Notes under the pieces: generated by a model
The model's input: the letters and a program-made list of their open reading frames with translations, nothing else
Told to the model about the DNA's origin: nothing
Database searches by the model: none
Made by a program: the position numbers and the translations under genes
In this document: positions 40,299-54,627 of the stretch, piece after piece
Position numbering within the stretch: position 1 is the first letter of the stretch
How the letters are laid out: each line of letters starts with the position of its first letter
NCBI GenBank assembly: GCA_951406725.2
Contig: OX597824.1
Coordinates: 20,212,001-20,276,000 of the forward strand
Length of the DNA: 64,000 nucleotides
Source of the DNA: Octopus vulgaris
Lineage: Eukaryota
Direction: 5' to 3'

Positions 40299-40768
40299 TT
40301 TCAGAATGAGATAAAAATCCAAGGCTGTGAAAGATTTCAGAACATTTATAAATAGAAAGTCTTACGGCTGTTTCTGGGATGTTTTATACATCCCTTCATC
40401 GGAGACGGTGTTAGAATATGGTTAAGCGATAGTTATTTTAGATAAGATATGAAAATAGAGAGTGAGGTGGAGGAATGACCAATTTTAAATACTATTGGAA
40501 CTTAATCGGAAAATATTGGAAACTTATATGTATACCATTCTGCCTAAATAATGGATTTATAGATGCCATATCCCTGCGTATCTCACGTCTATTTTCATTC
40601 CTCCACTTCACTCTCTATTTCATATCTTATCTAAAATAACTATTGCTTAACCATTTTCTCACACCGTCTCCGATGAAGGGATGTATAAAATATCCCAGAA
40701 ACAGCTGTAAGACATTCTATTTATAAATGTCCTAAAATCTTTCACAGCCTTTGATTTTTATCTCATTC

Positions 40769-40773
<5 letters not shown>
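40299..40773. mobile_element. Penelope-like inverted terminal pair (arms 40299-40478 and 40595-40773), each with hammerhead-like motif H3
   Basis: ~180-bp imperfect inverted arms; GUCU CCGAUGA A GGGAUG...UAUCCC A GAAA CAGCUG UA AGAC at 40666-40713 (+) and 40359-40406 (-); ends in (TA)n. Confidence 0.8.
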
Positions 40774-40838
<65 letters not shown>

Positions 40839-41378
40839 CATATGGTATAATTATAAACAAAGCAAATTATAGCCATTTCTCCGCTGACTGAAAAAAAATG
40901 AACAAACTTAATCGATTTTGATTTCGAAGCTTATTCTGACAGTCTCCGGAGACATGAGAAGTTAAATTGTGTATATACTCAACAAATGCAGCAGTTACTG
41001 TATGAAGAAGCCCCTAATTTGCATACCGAAAGGGTTTAATACTCTATAAATACCAGCGGCCTGTCAACGATCTTAGTCCCCACAGCATCAAGGTATGATA
41101 TAATAAATATGTAACATATGGTATGTATGTATATATATTTGTTTTGCAAGATTCTTGATGTGAAATCGTGCGTTGAAACAGATATTGTTGTATTTAAGGA
41201 TGGTCATGTTGCCAGTTTAGCCAATAAAAACACACGCACTATATATTTGGTGTTAATTTGCTTGAGCTTTATTTTGTCATTGTTTCGCAGGTTTTTATCT
41301 TCGGGTTTTCCCTCCCCCAGAGTCGTGTTCTAACAAGGATTAGAGGTTGCTCACTCCCAGTAATGTGGCACACCATGA

Positions 41379-41615
41379 CTACATTCTCATTTTCATGGTT
41401 CTCTGCTGACTGACCCTTTTATGTTGAAAACGTTTCAATCCCCTGCATAGCCACGGTACTTTCTGCACCAAAGTAACCAGTTTGTTGGTGAATGCTGCGG
41501 GAACTACCGCTCTCCATGAGAAATAGCTGGACCAAGACTGTGCACACAGTGTAGCTTGGCCGTAGACTTCAATGATTTCTGCCGCCATAGATATGCTTCG
41601 TTTTTAGCCCTGTAG
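41379..41615 (-). pseudogene. Possible mariner transposase N-terminal (HTH) remnant
   Basis: AAEIIEVYG resembles mariner SAAEIH..L.EVYG; otherwise degenerate. Confidence 0.25.
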
Positions 41616-42708
41616 GTTGTCTACTCATCCTCCTAACTCAGCAAGCTTAGAGGGGTTTTCATTTTACATACACACATATATACATGCATGCACACGTAAA
41701 TATGGAATATTTTTTCTTAGCTTTTTAACTGTATTGTATTTCTTGGTGTGATATCTTTTCCTCTTCAACGTCCATCTTAAGGTTGTAAATTCCAATTTGG
41801 TAAAACCATGTTTTCTAAGTAAATATATCAGGCAACCTTCGTTTGCAATAACGAAAAAAAAACTTGGAATCTTCGCCAAACTATATTCTTCTCGCACTAA
41901 AAAAATAAATAAATAACAAATAGTATACACCAAAAACGGATCCATTCACGCTAATTGGGCAAAAACAAAGCAAATCTAATAATGTTATGAAGCATCATAA
42001 ACGAAGAAGTAAGTTGTAAGGGAGTAGTCTTCATGAACCGGTTTCGATTCCCCATTAAAAAGCAATTCAATTCACTTACGCAGTTAATGTTCTTGAGAAA
42101 GGCATGAACATCAAACAGTCATATTCTCCTCCCTCCAATAAAGTTCTTGTCCTGTGCGTTAGAAAAAAAATCAATATTTTAAACGAAACATAATCCATAT
42201 AAAAAGGATATTTAGAAGAAAAAACTAAAATAGCGATATACCCAGTCTTTGAGGAAGAAGCAATATATGTATGAATATCTTGTGGCGAATCGCCATATCC
42301 TATGAACAGTTGATTTAATGGATATAAAATACAGGGAGATAATGTTGATTTTACATATGTGAACTAGTTTATAAAGATGTTCTCAGAAAGACACAGTATG
42401 TAGTCTATTTTGTAAATGGCTTTTTAATAGGCAAATATGTTTTAATGCTATAACTCACACTTCGCTATTATACGTCGTTATATATATGTACACAGATGTG
42501 AGTATAGGTATGTCTGTTTGTGTGTATGTGTGTGAGAATGTGCCAGTTTGTCAATGTATATGTACACATACAAATACATTTGTGTGCATGTGTATATATA
42601 TATATATATGTATGCATATATATACATATTATACATGTATATTATATATATATATATACATATATTATATATATAATATATACATATATATATATTATAC
42701 ATGTATAT

Positions 42709-42739
<31 letters not shown>

Positions 42740-42796
42740 TATACATGTATATTATATATATATATGTGTATGTATATATATATATATATATATATT

Positions 42797-42854
<58 letters not shown>

Positions 42855-43327
42855 CTTATGTATAACGTTTTTATGTCTTACAAACTAAACATATACCTAT
42901 ATAGTTATTAATATATGTTTAACATAAACGATTACGTATGTGTGTGCATGTGTGTGTACGAATGTATATATATCCATACATATGTACATACAAGCATATC
43001 CATTCATAAATATGTTAATTTATATATCTACACATCCATACCACACATGGACACAACACAAACGCACATACATACATACACACATGCATACATACTTTTA
43101 AACACATCCGCAAATCTCTTAATCTACAGATGCATGCATATACTTACTTGAAGAAGTGTATATACGTTCATACACATATCTAAGAAAACACATAATGATG
43201 AAAACAGACCAGAAAAAAATATGCGAATGAAAAATAATATAAAAATATACTTATATACATACATGACTACATGCATATATTCATGTGTACATAACTAGAT
43301 GGTTGTAAAGATACATGTGTACATACA

Positions 43328-43414
<87 letters not shown>

Positions 43415-43704
43415 TATATTATATTTATAAATGCATAAATATATAAATATGTACAAACAAGGATATATTTAAGTTTACGTAACTACATAAATGTACAGAT
43501 ACAGGTTATGTACACTTACACACGTCTGCATGTACATACTTGTACATATTTGCGAATATATATATATATATATATGTATATATTCAGGTTTATATATCGA
43601 TATACATGCTTACCCACACATATGCACTCATCCATGGATGTATGGATGCATATGTGTGTATGTGGGGCGAGTGCGTGTATGCACGTATATATATGTATTA
43701 TACG

Positions 43705-43759
<55 letters not shown>

Positions 43760-43897
43760 ATGCTTTCATGTGTACTTTAATTTTTACGTATATACACACG
43801 TATACAAACAAGCCACTAAACATGCCTCTATAAATGAATACCTCCTTGTATATGTTCTCGCATACAGTATATCATACATGTAGATTCAGACACGTTA

Positions 43898-43951
<54 letters not shown>

Positions 43952-44299
43952 TATGTATGTATGTATGTACGTATGTACATACACGCATGCCTACATACAT
44001 AATGCATACACAGATATACATACACATGCACGCATACCTACATAAATATATGCATACAAACAAACATACATACATTTTCACTTACGTTTGTCGCACACTC
44101 GAGAATGACGGTAACAGAGAGAACAACAACCCAGTGAACCCCTTGGGAAATACGCACTTCTGGATTACCTCCCATGCAAGCCCTTAATTGTTGGACGAGC
44201 GTACCTCAACGCTGAACTGAGTACCACAAAAACGTTATGAATGGGTACATTTGACAAACCTGCTTGGGACAGCCAATTTGGATCAAGATCGAGCAACTA

Positions 44300-44690
44300 T
44301 TGCTTTCAAATTCTGGCACAAGGCCAGCAAACTCGGCGCGGTTGGGTAATTCGACAACATCGACCCCAGTTTTCAGCTAATACTTATTTTATCGACCCTG
44401 AAAGGATGAAAGGTAAAATCAGCTCTCGAGAAAATTTGAACTCAGAATGTGAAGACGGACGAAATGCCGGTGTACTAACGATTCTGCCAGTTCTCCGCCT
44501 TATTTCGATCGAGTAATTTTTGGTTTCAAATTTTGGCACAAGGCTAGGAATTTTGGAGAAAGCGCTAAGTCGATTACATTAACCCTAGTATTTAATTGGT
44601 ACTTATTTCATCGACTCTTTCTGCGTTCAAATTTGGCCTCAGCAGAATTTGAGCTCAGAACGTTAAGACGAACAAAATACCGCTAAGCAG
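44300..44690 (-). mobile_element. Two diverged SINE family B variants in tandem
   Basis: ttcaaatt(c/t)tggcacaagg...cgacccc...atttgaactcagaa, twice. Confidence 0.75.
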
Positions 44691-44968
44691 CAGCTTCTAC
44701 AATATATCTACGTTAAGTAAGATTTACAGTATGCTATTTTGAACTAATACTACTTCTGTCATCAATACCGAATTTTTACACATCCTGTCAGCTATTTGAG
44801 ACACCAGTGATTTGTTAATCACTGTTTTCTATATCGTACAAACTAAATTTGTCATAGCATGCAGTTGCTAATGGATACTTGCTACTGATAACGATTAAAA
44901 AAAAAGCAGAAATCGAAATTCCGCTGCCGCTGCTGCACGCCTGTTTCTGTTATCGATATGTTTTTATA

Positions 44969-45395
44969 CTTTAAAGGTGGCGAGCTGGCAGAAACGTTAG
45001 CACGCCGGGCGAAATACTTAGCGGTATTTCGTCTGCCGTTACGTTCTGAGTTCAAATTCTCCGAGCTCGACTTTGCCTTTCATCCTTTCGGGGTCGATAA
45101 ATTAAGGACCAGTTACGCACTGGGGTCGACGTAACCGACTTAATCCGTTTGTCTGTCCTTGTTTGTCCCCTCTGTGTTTAGCCCCTTGTGGGTAGTAAAG
45201 AAATAGAAATAGGTATTTCGTCTGCCGTTAGGTTCTGAGTTCAAATTCCGCCGAGCTCGACTTTGCCTTTCATCCTTTCGGGGTCGATAAATTAAGGACC
45301 AGTTACGCACTGGGGTCGATGTAATTGACTTAATCCGTTTGTATGTCCTTGTTTGTCCCCTCTGTGTTTAGCCCCTTGTGGGTAGTAAAGAAATA
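44969..45395 (+). mobile_element. SINE family B multimer: head plus two bodies, 14-bp TSD
   Basis: gatatgtttttata at 44955-44968 and 45396-45409; junction gaaata|ggtatttcgtctg at 45212. Confidence 0.93.
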
Positions 45396-45778
45396 GATAT
45401 GTTTTTATAATTTTTAACGCTATACTTCTACGCGAGATGTTTTCTCGAGACAAATACTGCAGGAGGGTGGCTTTCTCCAATATATCCACGTTAAGTAATA
45501 TATGCAGAATGCTTTTTTGACCTAGTACTGCTTCCGTCGCTGATAACCAAATCTTTACAAGCAGAGCATGTTTCCAATAATATTGGTAATCATAGTAGAC
45601 CAAATTTATAAACTATGACATATTTTTCCTCCTGTGACTAATTAACAAAATCACATTTTCAGAAAAACATCACTATCGGCTGTGATATTCGATGCTAAAC
45701 TATAGAATTCTTCAAAAGAAGATTTAAGGAAAAATATCTCTGAAGTGCCGGAAGCAGTTAGAATAATGTATGCCAGAA

Positions 45779-45896
<118 letters not shown>

Positions 45897-46273
45897 AACG
45901 TATATTTTCTGCTGCTAGTTTGTATGTATTTCATATCTTTATTCACGGTCTTTGATATCTTCACTTTCCCCACCGTCATCCACCTCACCGATTCTGAAGT
46001 AAATTGATTATGTAAGAAATTAAAAATTTCTCATATAAAAATCTTCGCGATGTGAACAAAGAAAATCAAAGAAAGACATGAGTAAGGAGACGGGGTGGGG
46101 GGAAGAGATGTCCTAAGAAGTAAGAACTTAGTGGTTGGTATGAGACCGAGAAAGTGTTATGCGCAAGACGAGTGACGAGAGATGGAAAGCCGAGGGAGTC
46201 GAAGGTGCCCGAGTAGAGGCGGTACAAATCAAGACAGCTCCGAAGAATTGATGCCATTATAGTAGCGATGGGA

Positions 46274-46720
46274 CGGCGACCTGGCAGAATCGTTAGCACG
46301 ACGGACAAAATGTTTAGCGTCGTTTCTTCCGGTTTTACGTTCTGAGTTCAAATGCCACCTAGCGGTTCGCCAAATAAGATCGATAAAATAACTTAGCGGT
46401 TCGCCAAAGTAGATCGGTATAATAATAATCTAGCGGTTCGGCAAATAGGATCGATAGAATAAATTAGCGGTTCGCGAAATGAGATCGATAAAATAACGCG
46501 GCGGTTCGCCAAAGGGGATCGATAGAATAAATTAGCGGTTCGCCAAATGGGATCGATAGAATAACTTAGCGGTTCGCCAAAGGATATCGATATAACTTAG
46601 CGGTTCGCCAAATGGGATCGATATAATAACTTAGCGGTTCGCCATATAAGAGGTCGATGAAATAAGTACCAGTTGAATACTGGGGCCGATGCAATCGACT
46701 AGCCCCCCCACCCCACCCCT
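46274..46720 (+). mobile_element. SINE family B interrupted by a 34-bp minisatellite
   Basis: Head to ttcaaatgccacc (46359), then the array, then ggtcgatgaaataagtaccagttg... Confidence 0.8.
46360..46650 (+). repeat. 34-bp minisatellite (ttagcggttcgccaaatgagatcgatagaataac), ~8-9 units
   Basis: Directly visible. Confidence 0.95.
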
Positions 46721-47166
46721 CAAAACTACTTGAGCCCAAAATTAGGAAGAATTATAGAATTGATAGAAAAAGAAAAAGAGAGAGAGGAAACATCGTGCGT
46801 GTGGGTCGGAGACGGGATATGTTTGGTATGAAGACAGATATCCGAGCTTAATTCTAAAATTAAAAACCGTACATCGATAATAACTGAAGCAGTCAATCCA
46901 GACCCTTATTTTACGAGCAGGGTTCGATCTAAACATTGTACAGGCTAGCAGTAGTAAGTTTGATAACCGTCGCCCCCTTCTTCGAGACTAATTCTCGTCT
47001 GTCACCAAAAGTCGTTATTACAAAACCTTATCAATACAGTTTTGTTTTATTATATTTTAGGGATGAGGATCGGTAAAGGGGGCGTTTTACTGGACATCTT
47101 TGACTGATGGGTTAAGAGCAGGAAGAAACTATGGTTTGTTGCTTTTGTTGTTACTGTTGTTATTTG

Positions 47167-47476
47167 ACAAATGGGATCGATATAATAACTTCGCGGTTCG
47201 CCAAATAAGATCGATAGAATAACTTAAAGTTTCGTCAAATGATACGATGGAATAACTTAGCGGCTCGCCAAACGAGATCAATAAAATAACTTAGGCGATT
47301 CGCCAAATAAGATCGCGATAATAACTTAGTGGTTTGCCAAATGAGATGGATACAATAACTTAGTGGTTCGCCAAAAGAGATCGATACCGTTTCGCCAAAT
47401 AAGATCGATAAAATGCATTTGCGGTTCGCCAATTGAGATCGATATAATTACTTATCGGTTCGCCAAATGAGATCGA
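47167..47476 (+). repeat. Same 34-bp minisatellite, ~9 degenerate units
   Basis: Directly visible. Confidence 0.93.
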
Positions 47477-47493
47477 ATCCTTTAGTAGAAAGG

Positions 47494-47567
<74 letters not shown>

Positions 47568-47605
47568 CATAATCATCATCATCATCATCATCATTATTAT
47601 TATTA

Positions 47606-48095
47606 ACGTCAAATGTTTGACTTTTGCTTTGTATTTGTACAGGTTGGCTCCAAGTCTGACCCAGAGACAACAAGTTAGAAGTTCATGTTGGTGTTATGCC
47701 TAGGGTGCCATATATTTGGTTTTGTACATAGTATTGTTCTAGAGAATGTTTAAGAAAACAAGAAAATTAGGAGTTTGTTTTAAAATTTTAGATTACATAG
47801 TATTTTACGTAGGATATGGGCAGTTCCCATAAGCACTATGTTTTGAATTTCTGCCATTTTGGGGTTCCCTTGTATCTGAGCTAGGTAGCAATCAGCTCCC
47901 TTTGCAATCATTCCTAGGGCACCTGTGACAACAGGTATTGTTTTAGTCTTGAGGTTTCACATTTTGCCAATTTCTATTTCAAGATCTTTATATTTGCTTA
48001 GTTTTTGGTAGGTCTTGACAGATACATTTATGTCGACTGGGACGGTCATATCAATGAGGAGGCAGGATTTTTGTCTGAAGTCTTTCAATATAATG
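47606..48095 (-). mobile_element. Third Dong/R4-clade fragment (REL C-terminus plus 3' UTR)
   Basis: Minus strand: CLLIDMTVPVDINVSVKTYQKLSKYKDLEIEIGKM*NLKTKTIPVVTGALGMI...IVLMGTAHILRK; 3' end abuts (TAA)n at 47494-47605. Confidence 0.9.
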
Positions 48096-50289
48096 GACCC
48101 TCCCTCCTGGCCATCCGATGTCTAAAAAATCAAAATACATTTTTATAATCAAATATTATTAGAAATTGTATTTTAAAAATAGTTAAAATATTTAGTGTAT
48201 TGCCTAAGTATAACCAAGTTACTGCAGATTAATTTTAACAGCAAAATCTTATACGGGACCCGGTTGCGAATTGCTGGTATAGACCCTTCCCCGCTCAAAA
48301 TTAGTGGCCTTGTGTTTTATCAGAAAGTTTTCTCGCTCAATACGTTGTTTTAAAATCCCGTCGAGGTCAACTTTGCCTTTCATACTACCAGGGTCGGTAA
48401 AGTAAAGTACTGGTCAAGTACGTGGGTAGATGTAACTAACTAACCTCTTCTTCTTCCTTCCTCTCCTCTCCTCCTTCTTCCCCTCCACCTCCTTCCCCTC
48501 CTTCTCCTTCCCCTCCTTCCCCTTCCTCTCCTTCTCCTTCCTTTCCTTCTCCTCCTTCTCCTTCCCCTCCTTCTCCTTCCCCTCCTTCCCCTCCCCTCCC
48601 CTACTCCTAAAACTGCTGGCCTTGTGACAAGATTTGTAGCTGCTACCACTACTACTATTACTACGGTCAATTCGCCAAATTTCTGAGTCTGTAAAAGATT
48701 CCTGTCAATATTATCTGTTAATTTCTTCCTGTGTTTTCTTTAACTGTACTAAAGGTGAAAATAAAAGTGGAACCGTAAAGATAATTTCCTTGTGTCAGAA
48801 AGTGAAGAAGTAAGAATTGTCCACTGATTCAACCAATCAACGTAGTTTATGGTCTTTGCCAACCTATTTTATGATTCTTAAATCTTGGTAGTCTAAGAAT
48901 CGTAAAACATAAAAAAAAGAAGAAATGAGAAAAAAACGCCAATCTTATAAATTTGGAATTATTCCAATGATTTCGCTATAGGCATATTTATTGAACACAG
49001 TTCGACTAACCTAGAATTGTTGTCATTAGTAAAACCAAAGTAAAGACGTCCAAGACTAGTTGGAACCATTTTAATATTCGCAGCCACACTCTTAACAAAT
49101 GATGGATGCCATTCAAAATTTACCGTTATTACTTATTACGATACTACCATTCGCTGAAAGTATTTAAAATCCATCATTTTAGACAGCTGGGTCATTTAGT
49201 AGCAACTAACTCACCGTCGATATTTTCGTAAATTCTATGACATAGTTTAAAATTTAGCACTAACAATTAAGATTTCCTGAGTATTAAAATTTACAATCAT
49301 TTTAAGATTCGGTGACCTCGTTTTGAGCCCCCAGCCGCCATTTGCAATTTTTCACTCATATAATATAACCGACAATTCGAAGCACACAACTAAATTCGTT
49401 ATCTTTACCAGTTTTACGAGTTATCTCTTGGATTTCGTTATTCCCAAGTGTAAGATATTTTAAGAGGCCTGTGTGGGCTCTAAAAAATCTACAGCTTATT
49501 TTTATTTTAATCTTTTTTACTGCTGTTCCGGAATGGCAGTTTATTTGAACGAGATTTAACTCATTTACTTTCGATTCATCACGATGACTACAGCTGACCA
49601 AGAGGTTCAACGAGAAGGATAGCATGGACAGTGGCATTAATTGGAGAGCAAATAGAAAGCGGACAGCTTAAACTGATACGTGTAATTTTGTTTTGTATTG
49701 TCTTTTCTTGTATGTGTGTAAGCTTGAGTTTTTTTTTTTTTCCTACTACGTAACGCAATCATATATTTTGTTTTCCTAGCATTGGAAATGTTTTTCTACA
49801 CTTTAGTTCGAGAGTACACATGGTATATGCTAAGATACTTAAACATCGACTGGATTCAATTATAGAGAAAAGGATAAAAGAGACAGCTTCTAATGCAGGA
49901 CAACGTAGAATATTAGAATATCCACCACCCTTTTAGATAGAGGTACTGTTTGTTTTGTTCTTATTATTTTTGGTGTTTATATTGCGACAGATGTATAAGC
50001 ACGACACAAAAACAACAATAAAAAGAATGACAGGAACAATTATTATAATAAGGATGTCTAGTGTAAAGCAGGCACAAGGCTACATATAAGGTATGTAGAG
50101 ATACGCTTGCTTATATCGACCCCAGTACTTGACTGTTAGTTATTTTATCTACCTCGGGTTAAAAAATAAATGAAGTGGAAGTCAGAAAGCAAAGGGACAT
50201 AACTACCGTAAGGTATTTAGTCTGTCACTATTCTGATGTTGCCAGGCGACAACGTTTCAGCTCTTCTTGGCTGGTCTTTGCCAAATAAG

Positions 50290-50624
50290 TGGAGGCGCAA
50301 TGGCCCAGTGGTTAGGGCAGCGGACTCGCGGTCGTAGGATCGCGGTTTCGATTCCCAGACCGGGCATTGTGAGTGTTTATTGAGCGAAAACACCTAAAGC
50401 TTCACAAGGCTCCTGCAGGGGGTGGTGGTGAAACCTGCTGTACTCTTTCACCACAACTTTCTCTCACTCTTTCTTCCTGTTTCTGTTGTACCTCGAGAAC
50501 TACATCAAGGGTACACGTGTCTGTGGAATGCTCAGCCACTTGCACGTTAATTCCACGAACAAGCTGTTCCGTTGATCGCATCAGCTGGGACCCTCATCGT
50601 CGTAACCGACGGAGTGCTAAGAAG
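50290..50624 (+). mobile_element. SINE family C with an internal deletion and 12-bp TSD
   Basis: ttgccaaataag at 50278-50289 and 50625-50636. Confidence 0.92.
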
Positions 50625-50876
50625 TTGCCAAATAAGAAAAGAGAACACAAACACACACACACACACGTATGTATGTAGATAGCTAACTTTGTTTCGTGTG
50701 GGGAGACCACAGTGAACAACAGTATTCAAGGTGGGGGTCGGGCAAAAGTGGAGAAGAGAAGGATAATGGTTTTGGTGTCTCTCAACTGGGAAGTTCCGAG
50801 AATCCAGGAACACATTCTGCAGGCCTAAAAAATAACATTATATACGCTAAAGAATTAAAGTTATATTAATCATACA

Positions 50877-51038
50877 GCAGGAGTGGCTGTGTGGTAAGTA
50901 GCTTGCTAACCAGCCACATGGTTCCGGGTTCAGTCCCACTGCGTGGCATCTTGGGCAAGTGTCTTCTGCTATAGCCCCGGGCCGACAAATGCCTTGTGAG
51001 TGGATTTGGTAGACAGAAACTGAAAGAAGCCTGTCGTA

Positions 51039-51088
<50 letters not shown>

Positions 51089-51305
51089 CGTGTGTGCGTG
51101 TGTCTGTGTTTGTCTCCCTAGCATTGCATGACAACCGGTGCTGGTATGTTTACGTCCCCGTCACTTAGCGGTTCGGCAAAAGAGACCGATAGAATAAGTA
51201 CTGGGCTTACAAAGAATAAGTCCCGGGGTCGATTTGCCCGACTAAAGGCGGTGCTCCAGCATGGCCGCAGTGAAATGACTGAAACAAGTAAAAGAGTAAA
51301 AGAGT
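50877..51305 (+). mobile_element. Full-length SINE family A
   Basis: Complete consensus match. Confidence 0.93.
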
Positions 51306-51360
51306 ACCATTAAATATATAGCTTTATGCTATATTGGTATATGAGGGATTTTTTTCGATA

Positions 51361-51644
51361 TCTCTATATATATAAACGGCAAAATGTCTGTGTACCTGTG
51401 TGTATGTGTGTCCTTTATACAAATCCACAGTTTTTCCCGTAAAAGGCTCGCATTTTTTATGGGCTTTCAAAACTGTCTGAGGGTGGTCGTGAAGATATTT
51501 TCATTTCCCCAGTCACCCCAGAAAGCCATTAAAAGAATCGATAAACCGACCCCTTATGCCCATAGGTTATTTTGCGGCCAAATTCGAGTTTTTTGCTTTC
51601 TTCTGCCTCCTTTTTTGTCCGACTAATGGCATGTGCACAGTCCC
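51361..51644 (+). mobile_element. Probable 5' end of a non-autonomous Helitron
   Basis: A|TCTCTATATATATAAACGGCAAAATGTCTGTG..., similar in style to the 5' end of the 17258-17661 element; no 3' CTRR end found. Confidence 0.5.
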
Positions 51645-52167
51645 GCCAAATGAAACCAGTAGAATAACTTAGCGGTTGACCAAATGAGATTGATAGAATA
51701 ATTTAGCGATTCGCCAAATGTAACCGACAGAATAACTTAGCGGTTCGCCAAACGAGATCGATACAATAACTTAGCGGTTCGACAAACGATATCGATAGAA
51801 TAACTTAGCAGTTCGCGAAAGGAGATCGATAGAATAACATAGCGGTTCACCAAACGAGATCGATAGAATAACTTAGCGGTTCGCCAAACGATATCGATAG
51901 AATAACTTAGCGGTTCGCCAAATGAGATCGATATATTAACTTAGCGGTTCGTCAAACGAGATCGATAGAATAACTTAGTGGTTCGCCAAATGAGATCGAT
52001 ATAATGACTTAGCGGTTCGCCAAACGATAGCGATATAATGACTTAGCGGTTCGCCAAATGATAGTGATAGAATAAATTAGCCATTCGCCAAAAATGATCG
52101 ATAGAATAACTTAGCGGTTCGCCAAACGAATTCGATAAAATGACGTAGCGGTTCGCCAAATGAGATC
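51645..52167 (+). repeat. Same 34-bp minisatellite, ~15 units
   Basis: Directly visible. Confidence 0.96.
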
Positions 52168-52790
52168 CCGGCAGAATTTGAACCCGGAACGTAAAGGAAG
52201 ACGGAATGCCGCGAAGCATTTTGCCCGGGTGCTAGCGATTCTGCCAGCTCACCACCCTTTAATTGTTTCAAATTCCGGCACAAGGCCAGAATTTTTAAGT
52301 GAGATAGATTAGTGATTAGTCGATTACCTGTACTCAACTGCAAAAGATGAAAAGCAAAGTCTATGTTGGCGAAATTCGAACTCAGAACTTTAAAAAGCCA
52401 GAAGAGATACCGCCCTACATTTTGACCGACACGCTAATAATTTTCCTATTTCGTCCCTAGTACGCGACTGGTGTATTCTTTCATCATTTTCTCGACTCCG
52501 GGGGGGATAAAAGACAAAGTGACAAAGTTGACCTCGGCGTGATTTGAACTCAGAATGTCAAAACCCGGAAGAAATACCGGATATTTTCCCGACACTCTAA
52601 CGATTCTGCCAATGCATCACACTCGGTCGTTTATAGCAGAGTTCACAAGATCACGCATTATTTGTGTTGTTGTATAATCGTTAAATTACGCAAGCGTTTT
52701 ATTGGGTTTTTTATTGACCCCCGGAAGTGTGAAAGACAAAGTTTCCATCGGACGTGTCTGAAATCAAGCCGTAAAGAAACGGTAGTAATG
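52168..52790 (-). mobile_element. Cluster of diverged SINE family B fragments
   Basis: Repeated atttgaactcagaa / gaaagacaaagt / ttctgcca motifs. Confidence 0.72.
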
Positions 52791-54356
52791 ATCGACGTAT
52801 ACATACATATAAAACATTAAATGCTAGTTCGGTGCCTGTGTACTCTCTAGCCTTGGTTATTTATAAGCCACTGTATGATATGACATCTAGCGTCGGCAGT
52901 TCAGTGAGGACAGTATTGGCTGAGCTCTATGAATTATCTGCGAGTATCTGGAGAAACGTCTAAATCAAAAGCAAAATAATTAATAGCAGATATGCATGTA
53001 CGTTTGAGTGTGTCTTCGCATGTGCCTATGTATGCTTGTGCGCGTATGTGTGCGTCTTTTGCTCTGCCTCCCTCTCTCTTTTTGTGTGCGTATGCATTTG
53101 TATCGTTGTCTGGTCTGTGTTTGTTGCTCTGTGCGCGTGTGTGTCTGTGTGTGTAAAAAGTCAAAAAATAAAAAGCTAAACCTTTATTTAAATAGATTTC
53201 AAGACGGGGAGCAGATGTGTTTTAGACAATTACACGTGTTATTTCACCTGGTATCCACTCAATATGGACGTCTGTTTTACAAAAGATGGAACCAAACATT
53301 ATCTTCTTTTTTCTTTCTTTCTTTCTTTCTTTTTTTTTATTGTTTTTGTCTTTTCAACTCCATTTAGGTTCTCTTGACCCGTTTCTTGGAATCTACTGAA
53401 TTGTCCTCAATTATACAATTTTAAGAATTTTGAAAAAGAATCAATGAATAAAATATTCTTGAAGAATTCTGACTTCTGCAACTATTTCTAAACCAAAAAT
53501 AAAACAGAAAGAAAAGACAGAAAATGAAGAAACAAAACAAAATATGTAAAAACTAAACAAAAATTTTAAAAATACTCCGACACAGTCTAAGAAAGTTCCA
53601 ATATCCAATATTGATTTCTTCAATTAATTTAAACCTTTTCGTTTCAGAGATTCCCAGAGTACCACAAAGCAGATTTTATCTCTTTCAGTCAATGAGGGAG
53701 TCACTCCGCCGTCGCTTAACCTGCTAAAAATAGCAACAAAATTTCCATCAGATCACACCTTACATTCATGAAAGATAAAAGGAAGGACTTAAATAGATAC
53801 ACTATTTTAAGAAAAAAAAACGGGGTAGTCACGAGTGGAATGCCTTTTTATCAAAGCTCAAGGAAACTACACAAGAACAACAGTATTCATTTCGGCTTCA
53901 GAATAAAATTGTTTTTAAACCTTCCTCCTTACCTACAATTCAGCCTTGATTAAGTAGGTCTTAATTAAAGTCGTTCCTTCAATTACTATCTCATCTCTTT
54001 CTTTTCTTTCTTTTTTTCTTTTTAAGAAGTGATTTACGATGTATTTTAATGAAGATTTGGTTACTATTTCCAACAGGTCAAACGATCAAGTGGAGGCTCA
54101 CATAACTCAAAGTAACTGCCGGAAATATACTGCGGCAGTTGATTCATTTGGCTGGTAAGCCTCAATCTAATTAATTAAACCAAACAAATTAACTTTACAT
54201 CATTGGCAAAATAAATAAATATTAATTTCTTATTTAGAGACAAGCATTAATAAAAACGTAAAATACGAACATGTAACGAATCCGCTTTACTTGGGGGGCG
54301 TTAACGATACAAATGAGGTGAAGTCACAGTAACTAAGAACGAAACCATTCAGAAGA

Positions 54357-54568
54357 TACTCTTTTACTTGTTTCAGACATTTGACTATGGAGCACCGCCT
54401 TTAGTTGAGCAAATCGACCCCAGGACTTATTCTTTGTAAGCCTAGTACTTATTCAATCAGTGTCTTTTGCCGAACCGCTAAGTTACGGGGACGTAAACAC
54501 ACCAGCATCGGTTGTCAAGCGATTTTGGGGGGACAAACACAGACACACGCACACACACACTCACACAC

Positions 54569-54627
<59 letters not shown>

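Noticed and set aside
51645-52167. CRISPR-like array of ~34-bp units
   Set aside because: Units are contiguous with no unique spacers, there are no cas genes, the context is eukaryotic, and the unit derives from a SINE
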